Made by a program: the position numbers and the translations under genes. The notes beneath the pieces were generated by a model, which was given only the letters and a program-made list of their open reading frames with translations, had not been told where the DNA came from and searched no databases. Source: Chiloscyllium plagiosum (Eukaryota). From it: a DNA stretch of 64,000 bases. Of this stretch, positions 1 through 13,540 are shown piece by piece (position 1 is the first letter of the stretch; each line of letters opens with the position of its first letter). The stretch covers positions 53,736,535 through 53,800,534 of the forward strand of contig NC_057728.1 of assembly GCF_004010195.1 (NCBI RefSeq), in the 5' to 3' direction.

Positions 1-156
1 GTTGGATAGAGCTCTCAAGGATTGTGGAATCAAGGGTTATGGAGATAAGGCAGGAACAGGATACTGATTAAGGATGACCAGCCATGATCATATTGAATGT
101 TGGTGCAGGATCAAAGGGCAGAATGGCCTACTCCTGCACCTATTGTCTATTGTCTA
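1..156 (+). mobile_element. CR1 LINE 3' end with (CTATTGT)n tail
   Basis: CR1 3' UTR motif cagccatgat...gaatggcctactcctgcacct followed by tattgtctattgtcta. Confidence 0.8.
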
Positions 157-2779
157 AAATTCGACTGGGTATTTTGGCATAGAATAAACACTTTAAAGCA
201 ATTAGTTTAATTTTGACTTCAAACCAGAAACTTCAAGCTGTTTATTTCACAAGATTCCATAGTTCAGTTCAGAATGTAGCTTCTCTTGGTAGAGGAACCA
301 AGTCAGTTCAGGGGAACCGGTCACCCCAGTAGAAATGGTTTCTAATGTGCACATTTTCTAAGCCAAGAGAGTTTGGATTGAAATCTTCAAGTTGCTGAAG
401 CTGGAAAAATTGAAACCATTAGAATTGACAGAAATTCATGCCAGCAAACCTGGAAAAGAATCATAAAAAATTGGTCCAGACTCTCCAAGGAAAAGAAACT
501 GGCAAGTGTCCCTTAAATAATGATGTCATAGGACGAAGTAGGAGAGATATTTCTCTGGGATTGAGTCACTGTATCAGATGGTGCTGGGGCATCAATTGAA
601 ACTGTTTTGAGGTTAAGATCTTTTAAACTTTTAGCTTTTTTGAAACATCTTTTGTGTAACAAGTGAATGTTTTGTTGTTTCAAGTATCTGCAGCCTTCTG
701 TGAATATGTTTCAATGACTGACCACCGTGTTAACCAATGGCAAAAATTAAACATGATTTATCAAGCCAGTCTCCTGGGATCTAAGTTGTCCGTTATATAC
801 CATCAGTTGGGACCATGTCAGTATGGGTTTGGCAAAATCTAGCATGAAATTACTTGACTGTTTTGATCTCGAGAAATCTAAAGTGAGGTAAACATACAAA
901 TATTGGAGTTTCAAATTCAGTCCATTGTTTCCGGATCACTGACTTAATGTGTAGATGTTTCCATTCAAGAGAAATTGGTAAGGAAGTTATGTTGCAACTT
1001 TAATCCTTCACACTAGTGATTGACTGCATCATTATCACATACCAGGAAAGTTCATTCAGGTGACAATTATTCCTTTATATGACACTAACAGATTAAAGTG
1101 GTATTGGAAGTTCAAAGCATTCATGATTCCTCACATGATTTGAAAAATGCAGGCGTTAGTGTGTCTGGTTTAGTAAACTGGATATTTAGAACAATACAAT
1201 TGTAGATGAACATTGCTTTTTGCATGGCTAATATTTCAATGTATTTGTCACCCTGCCAGTGATTTCTTTTGAATTTCTGTGAGGTATCTATTTGCTGTTT
1301 AATGACAGATTCTGTGCAGATGGCATAGTAACTTCATAGCAGCCATGTGTGTACATGCAACACTATGGAAGGTGACCTTCAACTGTGTTAAGTGCTTGCC
1401 TCATTGATTCTTTTGGTGAGACAGCAGGCACTACTGAATAATTCTCATCTCCCACTGACAGACAACATCCTTTCTGCCTGCTGTCTCTAATGTGATACCA
1501 GAAAAAAAACAGATGCTTTGTTACACAGGTTGTGAGAGGAGAGGGGCTGAAAAGAAGTATTTTTTTTTAATGAACTAGAGGATTATAATGCATATTGTAG
1601 CAAAATGTATAGTTCTCCTAAAGCTTCTGTGTTTTCTTGCTGAAGCTTTGGATTAAAATTGCGGCTAGGGAGATTGTTCACACTATTAATGCTAATATTG
1701 GCGCATTGTTGGAGCATTCTGTAAGTGACAGAGGTTATGACTATAAATTAATGATTGAAGACTGAGACATTTAAGTGATGTGGTTACATCTGCCTTGACC
1801 AGTTTTCTAAAATGACAAATCATTTAGTGGAAACTAGGATAGTCACTTCTTTGCCTTCCATTTTTTTTTAAGAGCGCATCCTGGCATTTAATAAATAATG
1901 CGTGCTTGACATGGTAGTACCAATCCTTCATTGAGTGTTCTCTGCTTTCTTTGCTGTCTTAACCCGTTGTTATGTTTATTTTAGCATTTTTCATACCCAC
2001 TTGCGCTCATGTAAATCAGTGCATTTTTATTTACATTGGAATCAAAGCTCTTTTCCAGCAATGTTGATTGAGATACAAATAGTGACCAGGTTAACTGCTC
2101 TAATAGTTCTCTAAACAGTGCCACGAGATCTATCACATTTGTCTGAGAGAGCAGGAGGGGCCTCCAATTAATGTCTCCACAAAAAGGCAGCAACTTGCAC
2201 CCAAACCCTACTCATAAGGGTGACAGTTCTATCAAATAAGCTGTAGTGGATGCAAACTAAAACTTTAGAAAGTTATTCAGGCAAGTTCACATTTAAAAGT
2301 CCAAATAGCCAAGTCCAAATATACTTTGCAGTTTTTACAACTGTGTGATCTGCCCATACCTGCCTCAAAACAAGAGATAATGTAAAGAGCAATTATTAAT
2401 GTGCTTAAAGTTTCCTTTTTCTCCCATCCCTCTCAATTTGACTGATCTGCTAACCTGTCAGTTTTTGACTAAATTTGAGGACTTAAACTTCACAACCTTC
2501 TGGGATAGAGTATTCCACACTGTTAAGACCTCCTGAGAGAGACAATGTTTCCACATTTGTCTGTGAAGGCAAACCTCTTAAGCTCTTTATTTATTTGTTC
2601 ATGGGATGTAGGCATCACTGGCGAGCACAGCATTTATTTCCAATCCCTAATTGCCCATGAGTAGTTAAGAGTCAACCACATTGGTGTGTTTAAAAACAGT
2701 TGCATTTTTTAAAAAAATTAACTAATTTTACTAACTTTTTAAATAAATCTGAAAAAAAAAACAAATCTGGAAGATTAGT

Positions 2780-4130
2780 CCAGTGCCATTGCCCTTGTGG
2801 TCTCTCTCAAAACCATCCTGGTATCCACCATATCCAGCTCCCTCAAGATTTTATGTTTTGATAAGGTCATCCCTCATTCCTCTAAACTTAATGTTCATCA
2901 GCCCAACTTCTCATCATAAGGTAAGCCCTTCATCCCAGGAATGAATCAACTGATCTTTATTCAACCTACTTCTAAAGCAATTATATATATTTTAATTTAA
3001 GGAGACCAAACCTCTGCACCGTCCTCCAAATGTGATCTCACCAACATTTTCAGCAAAACTTCCCGACTTTCATAAAAACAGAATGCTGGAGAAACTTGGG
3101 AGGTCTGGCAGCATCCGTAGAGAGAAAAGCAGCTAATATTTCAAGTACAGCGACCCTTGCTCAGATCTGAAAGCACTGGGAAATGTTAGTATTGATGCAA
3201 ATGTCAAGGATTTGAATCCTTTCCCCCACTCCCCCACCCTGCCCATCCCATTATCCCACCATTGGCCTAAATACTACCCTTTCCCAGTAAGTCTCACTTT
3301 TGATGAGGAGTCACTGGACTTGAAACATTAACTCTATTTTTCTCTCGACAGTCCTCCTGAGTTTCTCCAGCACTTTATTTTTGTTTCAGATCTCCAGCTG
3401 TATTTGCGGTTCTTTGTTTTATTCCTTACTTTTATATTCCAGTCCCATTGCAATAAATGTCAACAGTCCATTTGATTTCCTAATCACTTGCTTTACCTGT
3501 ATAATAACTTTGGTGATTCATGTTTATCCAGATTCCTCTGTACCATCGATTGCTTCAGTCTCTCTCTCTCTCTCTCCATTCTAGTATATACTGCTTTTCT
3601 ATCCTTTTTGCCAAACTGGACAAATTCACATTTACCTACATTAAACTCCTGCCATTTTTTGTCGACACATTTAACCTATTTATAAGCCCCGTCCATTCCC
3701 TCTGAGTCCTTGTGACAACATCCTTCCATACCTATCTTGATACCATTCAGCAAATGTAAGTACCATATATTCAACAGTCTCCTCCAAACTATTGATATAG
3801 GTTGTAAATAGTTGAAGAGGTGATGCTGATCCCTGTGACCCTCTACAGGTAATAGCTTACCAATGCAAAAAGGCCAATTTATTTGAAGTCTGTTTGCTGT
3901 TTCCTAACCACTCCTCCATCCATGCTAATATGTCATCCCCCACAATATGTGTTCCTGTCCTATGTAGCAAACTTCTTTGTGGCACCTTATCAAATACCTT
4001 TTAGAAACCAAGGAAACCATGTCCACCAGTTCCTCTCTATCCACCATAAATGCCATTTTGTCAAAGAAATCTAGTGGATTCGATAAATGTGACTTCCCTT
4101 CCACAAAGCCATGTTGGCCTTGCCTGAGTA
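2780..4130 (-). mobile_element. Old CR1 LINE RT/3' fragment, interrupted by a PLE remnant at about 3075-3420
   Basis: Minus-strand translation QHGFVEGKSHLSNPLDFFD resembles CR1 RT QHGF..GKSCLTNL.EFF; heavily degenerate. Confidence 0.6.
3075..3420. mobile_element. Old Penelope-like terminal-repeat remnant (inverted pair) with decayed hammerhead motif
   Basis: Left arm aaaacagaatgctggagaaac...; right arm tgatgaggagtcactggacttgaaacatta...gagtttctccagcac...tcagatctccagc. Confidence 0.55.
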
Positions 4131-5004
4131 CATGTGCAGTCACTTGAATGACAGCCTGTTTGTACATGGCAAGATCCCACAAACAAAAGTCATTGAGCAT
4201 AATCTGTTCTGGGAGTGTTGATTGAGAGAGAAATAACAAATAGAGTACTTGAAGTTTGCTTGGTCATTAACTTATACTGTAGGACCTTCATCTATCCAAG
4301 GACACATTATGATGTTTTACAGAACATTAATTGCCATGTACCAATAAGTAATAAGGCCATGTAATAGATGTAATAATATGTAACACTGTATGTAATAAAA
4401 TATTTAATAACAGCTGTACAGTAAGTCACGTTCATTTTGCAGCTGTGTAACTGAAGTAATGAGCTTCCTTGATTGCAGTTAATAAATGTGACACAGGTAA
4501 GGAAAGCCCAAATTTTCATGCCTGATTTGCACTTTAGTAAGAAAGGAGACACACTCGGTAGTCCTACTGTACCTAGTATCCATCACTGGTCTTTCGTTGA
4601 GTGCAATGTCAGCCAGAGTTTCTGTTCTTGAAAAGAAGCCCTCATCCCGCACCAGTGTTCTGAAAATCGTACATGACGAAAGGGAAATGTTACAGAGCTA
4701 CGGGGAAGAGCAGGGAAGTACACTCGTACACTCTCCATAAGCAGGCCACTCTGACTCTCGATAGGATGTCTTTCAAATTGGAAGTTTTGTTGCATTTATT
4801 GATCTCAAAGGCAAGTACAACTGCACAGGCAAAGTTTGTAGTTATTTTACCCTAAAAGAACATCAGTGATCAGACAATTGCCAGGGGATATAATACATCA
4901 ACCTGAGAAAAAAGGTGAGGCTAAATTTTAATGTTTCCTCTGGAAGATGAAAACTAGTATACGAGAGGCAAAACATAAATCAAAATTGCAGGTGAAACTC
5001 AGCA

Positions 5005-5299
5005 GGCATGGTGGCTGAGTGGTTGGCACTGCTGCCACATAGAGCCAGGGGCCCAGTTCAATTCCACCTTTGGGTGACTGTCTGTGAGGAGTTTGCACAT
5101 TTTCCCTGTGTCTGTGTGGGTATCTGCCAGGTGCTGCAGTTCCCTCTCACAGTCCAAAGAAGTGTAGGTTAAATGGATTAGCCATGGGAAATCCAGGATT
5201 TACAGGGATAGGGTAGAGAGGTCTGGGTGGAATGTTCTTGGGCGGATCGGTCTAGACCCAATGGGCCAAATGACCTGCTTCCATGCTGTAGGGATTCTA
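5005..5299 (+). mobile_element. HE1-type SINE nested in an old PLE remnant (about 4970-5470)
   Basis: tRNA-like head ggcatggtggctgagtggttggcactgctgcc, V-domain tgtgaggagtttgcacatt, and LINE-derived tail; flanks rejoin as aaactcagcag|gtttggca. Confidence 0.85.
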
Positions 5300-5789
5300 G
5301 GTTTGGCAACACCTGGCAGTAGTAGAGAGAAAGCAGAGTTAACATTTTGAGTCCAGTGAATTCTTTAGAACAGAACCTCCTTCCCACAGATGCCAGATCT
5401 ACCGAGTTTCACCAGCATTTTCTGTTTTTGTTTCAGATCTCCAGCATCTACAGTTCTTTGTTTTATATTAGTGTACTGTAGTATTAGCTGAGAGTCTCTC
5501 AAGTCTTCTAGGGGTTCGAACACCAGTGTGAAGGATTCTTTTCACAGAACAGACAGCCCTTTGCAATATTTGTCTTCATAGCATTAGGTAGAATATCCAA
5601 ACTTGCATTAATTCACATCCCTGCATAAAACCTAATTGTCTGACCACTTTACTGATTCTGCTTGAAATCTGATTAAAACAGTCCTCAGGTCTATTATTTC
5701 AAAGCAATAATGAAATGCAATATGGACAGAACCCATCATCAGAGCTAATCCCATATTATAGAATGGACGTGTGCTTTTATTCTTATTGC

Positions 5790-5970
5790 GTAGATGGATG
5801 GATGGCTGGTCCACAATGCAGAGCAATCCTAACAGTAGGATTCAATTCTCTCACACCAGCTGAGGTTACCATTGTGGACTCGCCTTCTTAACCCTTCCTG
5901 AGGTGTGGTTACCCTCAGGTAAAACCACCAATCATCTCTCAGTAATGAGAGCGCAGTGCTATGGTCTGGT
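5790..5970 (+). mobile_element. tRNA-derived SINE with Meta-domain-like core
   Basis: cctgaggtgtggttaccctcaggtaaaaccacca core; same family occurs reversed at 11675-12085. Confidence 0.55.
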
Positions 5971-6995
5971 AGATGCAATCTGTTCAGCCCCTTGAGTATG
6001 TTCTTGTGTATCTTTACTGAGCTTCCTTGTCTAATTCCAGTCTCCTGCATGTTCATGTACTCAACAGTGTACCTTTACTTTCAAGTAATCATCTGATTTG
6101 CTTTGCAAGAACATTTATTAATGGTATAGGGTAAAATCGTAGACAACTATTCATCCTGATGTTCCTGTGCCGGTTTTTTGAAAGAGATGAACAGCTATTC
6201 CCACTGTCCTGACCTTTCCCCATATTCTTGCCATTTTTTAATATATTTATTCTTTCACCATCTGAAAATTATAATTACAATGCTTCCACCATTCTTTTGA
6301 GTAACTTTTTATAACTTGCAGGATTTATTAAACAATTCTTCTCATCTCCCATTTGATTCTTATCATAAGTTAGTGACTTCTGTTGCGGACCTTGACAGTA
6401 GAATAATGGAAACTATTTCTCCTGATTTCACTTGATCAAACCCCCATAGAATTTAAACACATTAATCTCCATTCAGCAGTGTCTACGACAAAGAGAACAA
6501 TCTCAGTCTCTTTATCCTATCCAGTACAATCCACAGTAAATCCATGAGTAAAAGGACAATCGAGGATATTTGTAAGCCTCTGATGGTGAACAATATTAAA
6601 GCACTGTTCTTTTGCCTTTTCACATCTATTCTGGTATCACAGCACTGTGCTGAGACCGAAACAAGCCAGTAGTGTTTCAGGCTGGCTGCACAAGGGAGTC
6701 ACTGAGACACTGAAATACTTTATTAACTTTTTATTTTCTTTCCATGAACCTTAGTTCAATATGTGCTTTCTTTCAATGATGACCAAGTCAAAGCAATTGG
6801 GGTAAGTTCACTAGTCTCATATTCCCAGTGGGTGATTTTGCTTGAAGGGCACATGGGTCAAAGAAATTAGCACTCAAATGTTACAGCCTTGTCTCCAGCT
6901 CCATAGAAACAAAGAAGTTGATACATTTCCTCTAAGTTACTGGAAGCAGTGCATTTTAAGACTTCCACTTTCATGTCATTTGTGACCTTCTTTAA

Positions 6996-7113
6996 AGTCA
7001 TACAGCATGGAAACAGACCCTTCGGTCCAACCAGTCCATGCCAACCATGTTCCCAAACTAAACAGGTTTCACCTGCCAATACTTGGCTCATATCCCTCCA
7101 AACTTTTCCTATT
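6996..7113 (-). mobile_element. HER1/CR1 3' end fragment
   Basis: tacagcatggaaacagacccttcggtccaac tail shared with many copies in the window. Confidence 0.8.
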
Positions 7114-7549
7114 CATAAACTTATCCTTTGTTATTTGGTGTGAGCCATTGAAAATTATATGATTTAAAGCCATAAAGGATAATTTTGTACAGATGTCCAG
7201 TTGACCAAATAGCTTTTTGAAACCTTTGAACATGAGCAGTGACAATGGCATAACTCTTTGTGCTGTTTATCTCCCTCAGCACCTTTCAACAACAATCTAA
7301 AAAGGCATAGAAGCACATGAAGAGAATGTGCTTTTAACAAGCATGAGTCCCAAGAGGATAAAGAAGCAAACATTTTAGGAAAATGTCACTTTCCCGTTTC
7401 CTACTACTTTACACTTAAGACTCCTTTTAACACTCGAACTTCAGATTTCTTCATGCGTAATAAAGGCATGCACTCAGTTGTATATGCAGGAGATCAGCTA
7501 AAACTAGTGAGATCAGCTAAAACTCAGTAGCTGAGGGGAAGTTTTGACA

Positions 7550-7890
7550 TTGTAGTAGCCACTGGCCTAAATCTGATACAGAGCACCAGACTAATGCTTT
7601 GGGGCCATGGGTTCACATCCCACTGCAGGTGGTGAAATTAATTAATTTAATTTAAAAACATATAATTTAAAGCTAATGTTGGTCATGAAGTTGTCATTGA
7701 TTATTGTAAAACCCCATCAGGGGTTTCAGGAAGAAAATATGTTCAACATGTGATCCCAGGCCCACACCAATGTGTTTTACATTTAACTGCCCTCAGATTT
7801 GGCTCTAGCAAATTAGTGTTTCAAGGCCAGTTAGGAATGAGCAATAAGTAGTGGCCTTTTCAGTGAAGCTCATATTCCATGAATGAAGAA
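7550..7890 (+). mobile_element. Shark tRNA-derived SINE (second family), degenerate
   Basis: Homologous to the split copies at 35020-36100 and 48335-49550. Confidence 0.55.
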
Positions 7891-10800
7891 ATGCACAGAT
7901 CCAGTATTTACCTACATTCTAGCAGTTACTTAATTTCGTAAGTAATTAATTGGTTAGTAAGCACTTTGAAACACCCTGAGGATGTATTAATGTGTTGCGT
8001 CAATGATACTTTACTACTTGTATTCTTGGCTTTACAAGGTCAGTGGATGGTATGATAATGATGGTTGAAATGCAATCAATAGAGGATTTCATTTGACTGT
8101 CCATCCAAAAGCAGCTACCGCAGAACAGATATGTTCTTAAAACTATGGAAGGAAATGTTGTTGTGCTTGGTGTAGTTAATCAGAGATGTAGAATCACCTG
8201 AAGAATCTGATTTTGTTTTTAAATGATCAATGGAAGCTACACATTTGCACAGGCCAGTGCAGTTGCTAAATCAGCAATTATGGATTTAATATATCTTTGA
8301 ATATCCAATTCCTTTCATTCAAACTGCAGTGTTTTCACTTTTGTTTGGTGGAACTAATGGGGTAAATCGACAAGCTCTTGCCAGACCACTGATTTCTAAT
8401 TGATTTCAGTTAATGCAGATTTCAATAGCTCATCCGATAGCAAAGCATTGGCTGCAGTTTCTGCATTTTTGCATTTAACTGCACATATGTGGGCTCCAGA
8501 CGTTGTCAGTTTCAGATGAGTAACAGCAAAGAACAGGGACAGTTTTATCATTGTTACTACCCGCAAAGTCCACGTCTTCTACTGCAGACAGAATAAATAA
8601 ATGGATTTTCACCAGCCCTTCCAGGCACAGCCAAAATCAATTAAATTTCTGTGATTCAGATTTGGTGCTGTGCAACTGAATTTTAATCAGTTTCTATCAC
8701 TGTGCTCCCTATAAGAAATCCTCTGTCAGTTGAAGCAAGTACATTCCTTTTTTCACATTTGTCACCAATTTAAAAGTAAATAAGTAGCAAAGTAGATGAC
8801 ATTAACCCTACTCCTAATATAGGTGATGGTAATATGAAGCAGAAATGCAAGATAACACAGAACAAAGTCAGCTTATGCTTGTAGAGAGAGCAAACATGTA
8901 GCACTTCAGGTATTTGCCAAGGTCCCCATTTAGAGATTGAGGTGGATTAGGAAGGCTGAAGACCAGAGAAAAGGTCAGACAACCTGGGAAAGAGATAAGT
9001 AAAAAGAATAGAAAGGAGGTAAAAGGAAAGTGAAAGAAGAGGGCACCTATTATCTTAAGAACCTAAGACAGAGACTGAGTAGTTCCAATGTTATCTGTAG
9101 GTTTCCCCATTAATATGTGGCCACATTTGGACCTGTATTCCATTTTTCAGGCACCTTCCACAGATCACATGACTTTCTTAGTGTCCAAAAATCTACCAGT
9201 CTCTGTCTTAGATGTACCTATCAGCTAATTATCCTCAAAGTTAGCAAATTCAAATAATTCACAGGCCTCCAAGTAAAGAAATTCCTCCTAGTTTCAATCC
9301 CAAATAGCTGAATCCTTGTCCTGAGATTGTGACCCCTTAATTCAAACTCTCTGGTCGAAATAAATAGACTCTATATTTTTATCATAAGAAAATTTTCATA
9401 TCGGCTCGAACCATTTTCTGATTTCAAATCTGTCCTCTTCTAGGACCTCAGTTTTGACCCTTCATGAATTTGATTTCATCATGCTGTCGACCTCCTCCAC
9501 TGTCACCTTTGATTTCCATGCCCTGATTTACTTTGGTCAGGAGACTTTCCTCATACAAATCAAACTCTTTCTCCTGTCATCAGCCTCCTCAATACTTGCC
9601 TTCACTTTGACCTTGAGAAAAGGTTCACACTCCTGAGGTACTGGGCAGTATTTAAAGCTTGCAGTTGAAGTCTCGCCTGCTGACTGGGGAGTTGACAAGG
9701 GATCCACATTTCTATTTAGGAAACATTGAGCATTCCCTGTGATCAAGGATCCCAGGGACAGAAGTCTAATCCACACCTGCCCCTCAGAAGTCACTGGCTA
9801 GCCAGAGATCAATAGCTCTATTTTAAGTGCAGTGCTATGGTGGAGGCAATGGCTGCTGTTGACTAGCACCCACTTTGGCCTAGAACCATTGCTCGATTGC
9901 TGGTGAGTTGTTGGGGGAGCCATCGCATTAGTGCCTGAAAGTATTGTACAGTAATACATCCCCACCTCCCTTCCCACTGCCAGGTCTCTTTATCAGGCAG
10001 TGAGTGCATTTGAAAAAGAGACTCTGACCTGTGAGCCCACAAGTAACCTGTAAGAATTTCTCTGTCATGCTTCCCAGCATGGACTGCCCCAACTGCTGCT
10101 AAGCTGGTACAGATGGCAGTAGGATCAGCCACTCAAATGGACATAAATTGCCCATTTAATGCCGCAGTTGGATACACGGAAGCTATTCAGAGATCTTCCT
10201 ACCATAGATTTAATTGCAGGAGAGACAGGAAGGCAACAGGATTCACATATGCCTCCTTCTGGCCCAATTAAATGATGTCCCTCCATAAGGCACAGTGTTC
10301 ATTTCTGCTTGTTATCTTGCATAGAATTTAGATTCCTAATGTGTTGGTGAATAAACTTACCAAGCAAAGGCTTTCATTTCAAAACCTTAAGAAGCTGTAC
10401 TTCAGTTAGTTGTGACCAGCCCAAATATGATGAACAAAATGGCTTCTCTTTATGCTGTCCTTTCTGTTGATAGCGGTGATGTAAAGGTTAGGGAAAATAA
10501 ATAATGAACAATAATTAAACAATATTATAATCTAGATATGTTGAATAAAGGAGGTTATGAAATGGAGGTGTGGATTTGAAAGCTCATGATTAATTCTAAC
10601 TTTGAGTAAGAGGTCTGGCTAAATTTGATTCTGCTGTTGATACCATCATCCATAAAAGGGACCACATTCATTGCTTTAAGATTGGTGAAGAGCTTAGTAC
10701 TTCACAAATAATTAGACAGTAACCAAGTTTCTACTCAGTTATTGTTCTTGAATATGTAATTGTATCGGTAAGTCTAATTGAATGTTCTTCAGTTGATGGT

Positions 10801-10894
10801 GCTCTTGATAAATTAAACCATCCATCAGAAAAACATTATTGTATTTTGTTTATACTACTTACAAGGTACACTGCAGAAATTCGCTAAAGGCTCA

Positions 10895-11190
10895 TGAGAC
10901 AGCACCTTCAAACCCACGATCACTACCATCTGGAAAGACAAAAGCGTGCGAACCTGCAAGTTTCTCTCCAAGCCACTCACCGTCTCACTGGTAAATGTGT
11001 CACTGATCCTTCAGTGACACAGGAGTAAAATCCTGGAATTACTTTCCTAACAACATTGTGAAAGTACCTACACACCAAGATCTGCAGTGATTCAAGAAGA
11101 CAGTTTGCCATCACCTTTTTAAGGGCAATTGGGGATGAGAAATTGGTGCTAGCCCAGCCAGTGAAGCCCACATTCCATGAGTGAATAAAA
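10895..11190 (+). mobile_element. LINE 3' end (CR1-group, second family)
   Basis: gacagcaccttc...cctgcaagtt.c.ctccaagcc...cctggaa; related copies at about 34510-34700 and 61860-62090. Confidence 0.55.
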
Positions 11191-11674
11191 ATGACAATGT
11201 TCTTGTCGCCTTTTTCACATTTAAACTCTCCTCCATCACTTTGAAGCATTGTAAAGGGAAAATCTCTGTACAGCTAAAAAAAATCTTAGGCCCAAGCTGT
11301 AATGCACCTGTTTTCCCAGCTTTTCAATGGTGAATTTAAGCACATCATGGAATCCTTGCATTAGCTGCAGATTCAAATATAACAAACATATTGTCATCTG
11401 TGTATTGGAAATGTACAAGGAGCTGTTAAGTTGTCAATCTATCAAAAATTTGTTTTTAATGGCAACTGATTAACATGATGAGAGCCAGGCCTAGAGGGAA
11501 TCTCATGACAACTCCATCTGTTTGGGTTTGCCTAGTGTCTTTAAATCTGATCTCAACCACTTAAGTTGAGAGGAATTTGATATTCAAATTCATAAGTTCA
11601 GTGAATACAGATTCAGAAAATAGTGACATATTTAGATTATTATGTCACAGCAATGCAATGCAAACATGTAAAGA

Positions 11675-12085
11675 TAAAGTCACCATAGTCTTAGCAGACC
11701 ATAGGGCTGCTCTCTCATTAGAGAGAGAGAGATATCTAGTCATGAGTTAAACTTGTAGGATGAGGATGAGGGGAAAGGTTGAGAAGGAGAGTTCTTTGTG
11801 GTAATCTTTGCCAGCGTGGGAATTCAACCCATGCTGTTGGCATCACTCTGCATTGCAAATCAACCATTCAGCTAACTGTCCCCCAAAGTAAAGTCACTGT
11901 AGTTCTAGTGGACCATAGGGCTGTTTTCTCATTAGAGACTGGTGGTGGTTTAACCTGAATGTGACCATGCCTCAGGTGAGGACAGAGGTTGAGAAGAAGA
12001 GTCCTTCACAATACAGGATTTCAACCTATGCTGAAGCCATTATGCTGCATCGAAAATGAGCCATCCAGCCAACTGAGCTAACTAA
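11675..12085 (-). mobile_element. Two head-to-tail copies of the Meta-like tRNA SINE
   Basis: aaagtcac...gaccatagggctg..tctcattagaga at about 11676 and about 11890; both end in ca..cagc.aactg. Confidence 0.65.
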
Positions 12086-12699
12086 CCCTATGACTGCAAG
12101 TATATAAGGCTTCCTTGAATAACATTAATTAATAAACTAGCAATAACAAACAGCAGATGGAAGTGGCATTGGTATCAGTGTAACAATCTGGAGTTCTCTT
12201 TGAGAAGGTGCGAAGCAATTCTTCATAATTTATTTGGAAAACTTATTCAGAATTTGTTTTGTAGCAACTCAGTTTGGTCAATTTATATTGTGCACAACCA
12301 ATTGTAAATAAGTTAAAGTGTAAAGGCTTAGATAGATGAAGATGAATTCTACCATATACACCATCAGGTACCTTGTTACTCCTGCTCTGGCCCATCAATA
12401 GGTTTTGTAACTTGCTTTCAAGCAGAACCATGCGATGATGCTTAGACGTGGAACCAAAATATATGAATTTGAATTGTCTTTAAGGATAGCATGCACTTCA
12501 TCTGCTTGCCAACCAACCAGCACCCTGTCTCTCATACAGTGTAAATTATTACCTTTTGCTATTCTTGAGATTCTGTCCTGATACTGAGACAAATCTTCAA
12601 CAGAATGTTGTTCCAATAATCCTCTATTTCTAATCCCCCCTCTTAAATGATTCTGTACCACCTACACAGCCACTTCCTATAGTTTCATATTTTTGCCAT

Positions 12700-13540
12700 T
12701 CAGACAGTAACAAAGTTTCTTCTCAATTCCCAAGTTGATTTTTTGGTGACCTCTAATTTGGCTCTTTTCCCTACAAGTGAAAGCAGTCTCTCTCAATTTC
12801 TGTAACTTTCTGAATAAAATTTCCTGGGTTTAAAGACCTCTGTTAGGCCACCTGTCAGACCCAACATTTCAATAAAAAGTTTGTTCAATGTTTGTATATT
12901 ATTTTTCACCCTCTCTGGTGCCTTGATATGCTTTTCATAGTATGGTGACCAGAACTGTGTACACATAAAAATATGATCTAACCTAGATTCAATGCAAGTT
13001 TAGCTTTTCCTTTTATACTTCTATACCTCTAGAAATAAACTCTAGTGTTTATAGCCTTGTCATTTGGTGTCACTACTTCTAATGATTTATGTATTTGTTT
13101 TTCCAGATCCAATTGCTTCCCTACTTCGATGTGATTCTTATCTTTCAGGTGATATGTAGTTTTCTATCCAAAATGTTAAAACCTCGCATTTATCTGTGTT
13201 GAAATTTCTTGTTAATTACAAGCCATTTTACAGGTGTATTAGAATCCTTCTCTGATTTGTTGCAGTCCTACTCGGAATGGGTGATAATTACCCAATCCCA
13301 CCATCCATCACCTCCCATTTGATGTTACCCACAAATTTGTGAATTGATTCTATTTCATATGGATTTTGAACAATGTTTCCAGTCCTTAACCTTGTGGAGC
13401 TACCCCTATCTATTCCACCTCTGCCACTGTGAATAGCTACCTCTCACCCCTCCTTTCCATCTTGCAACTAGGCAACTATCCATTCTGCTGCTTAACCTCA
13501 GGCTCGTCATGTTCTGGCCTCATTCAAGAATGTGGAACTT
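12700..13540 (-). mobile_element. Very old CR1 fragment
   Basis: tatggtgaccagaactgt (reverse of CVQFWSP) and cctcgcatttatctgtgttgaaattt (reverse of KFN.DKCEV). Confidence 0.5.

Noticed and set aside
160..810. Possible solo LTR (similar impression at about 58090-59210)
   Set aside because: No TG...CA termini, TSD or partner LTR could be verified.
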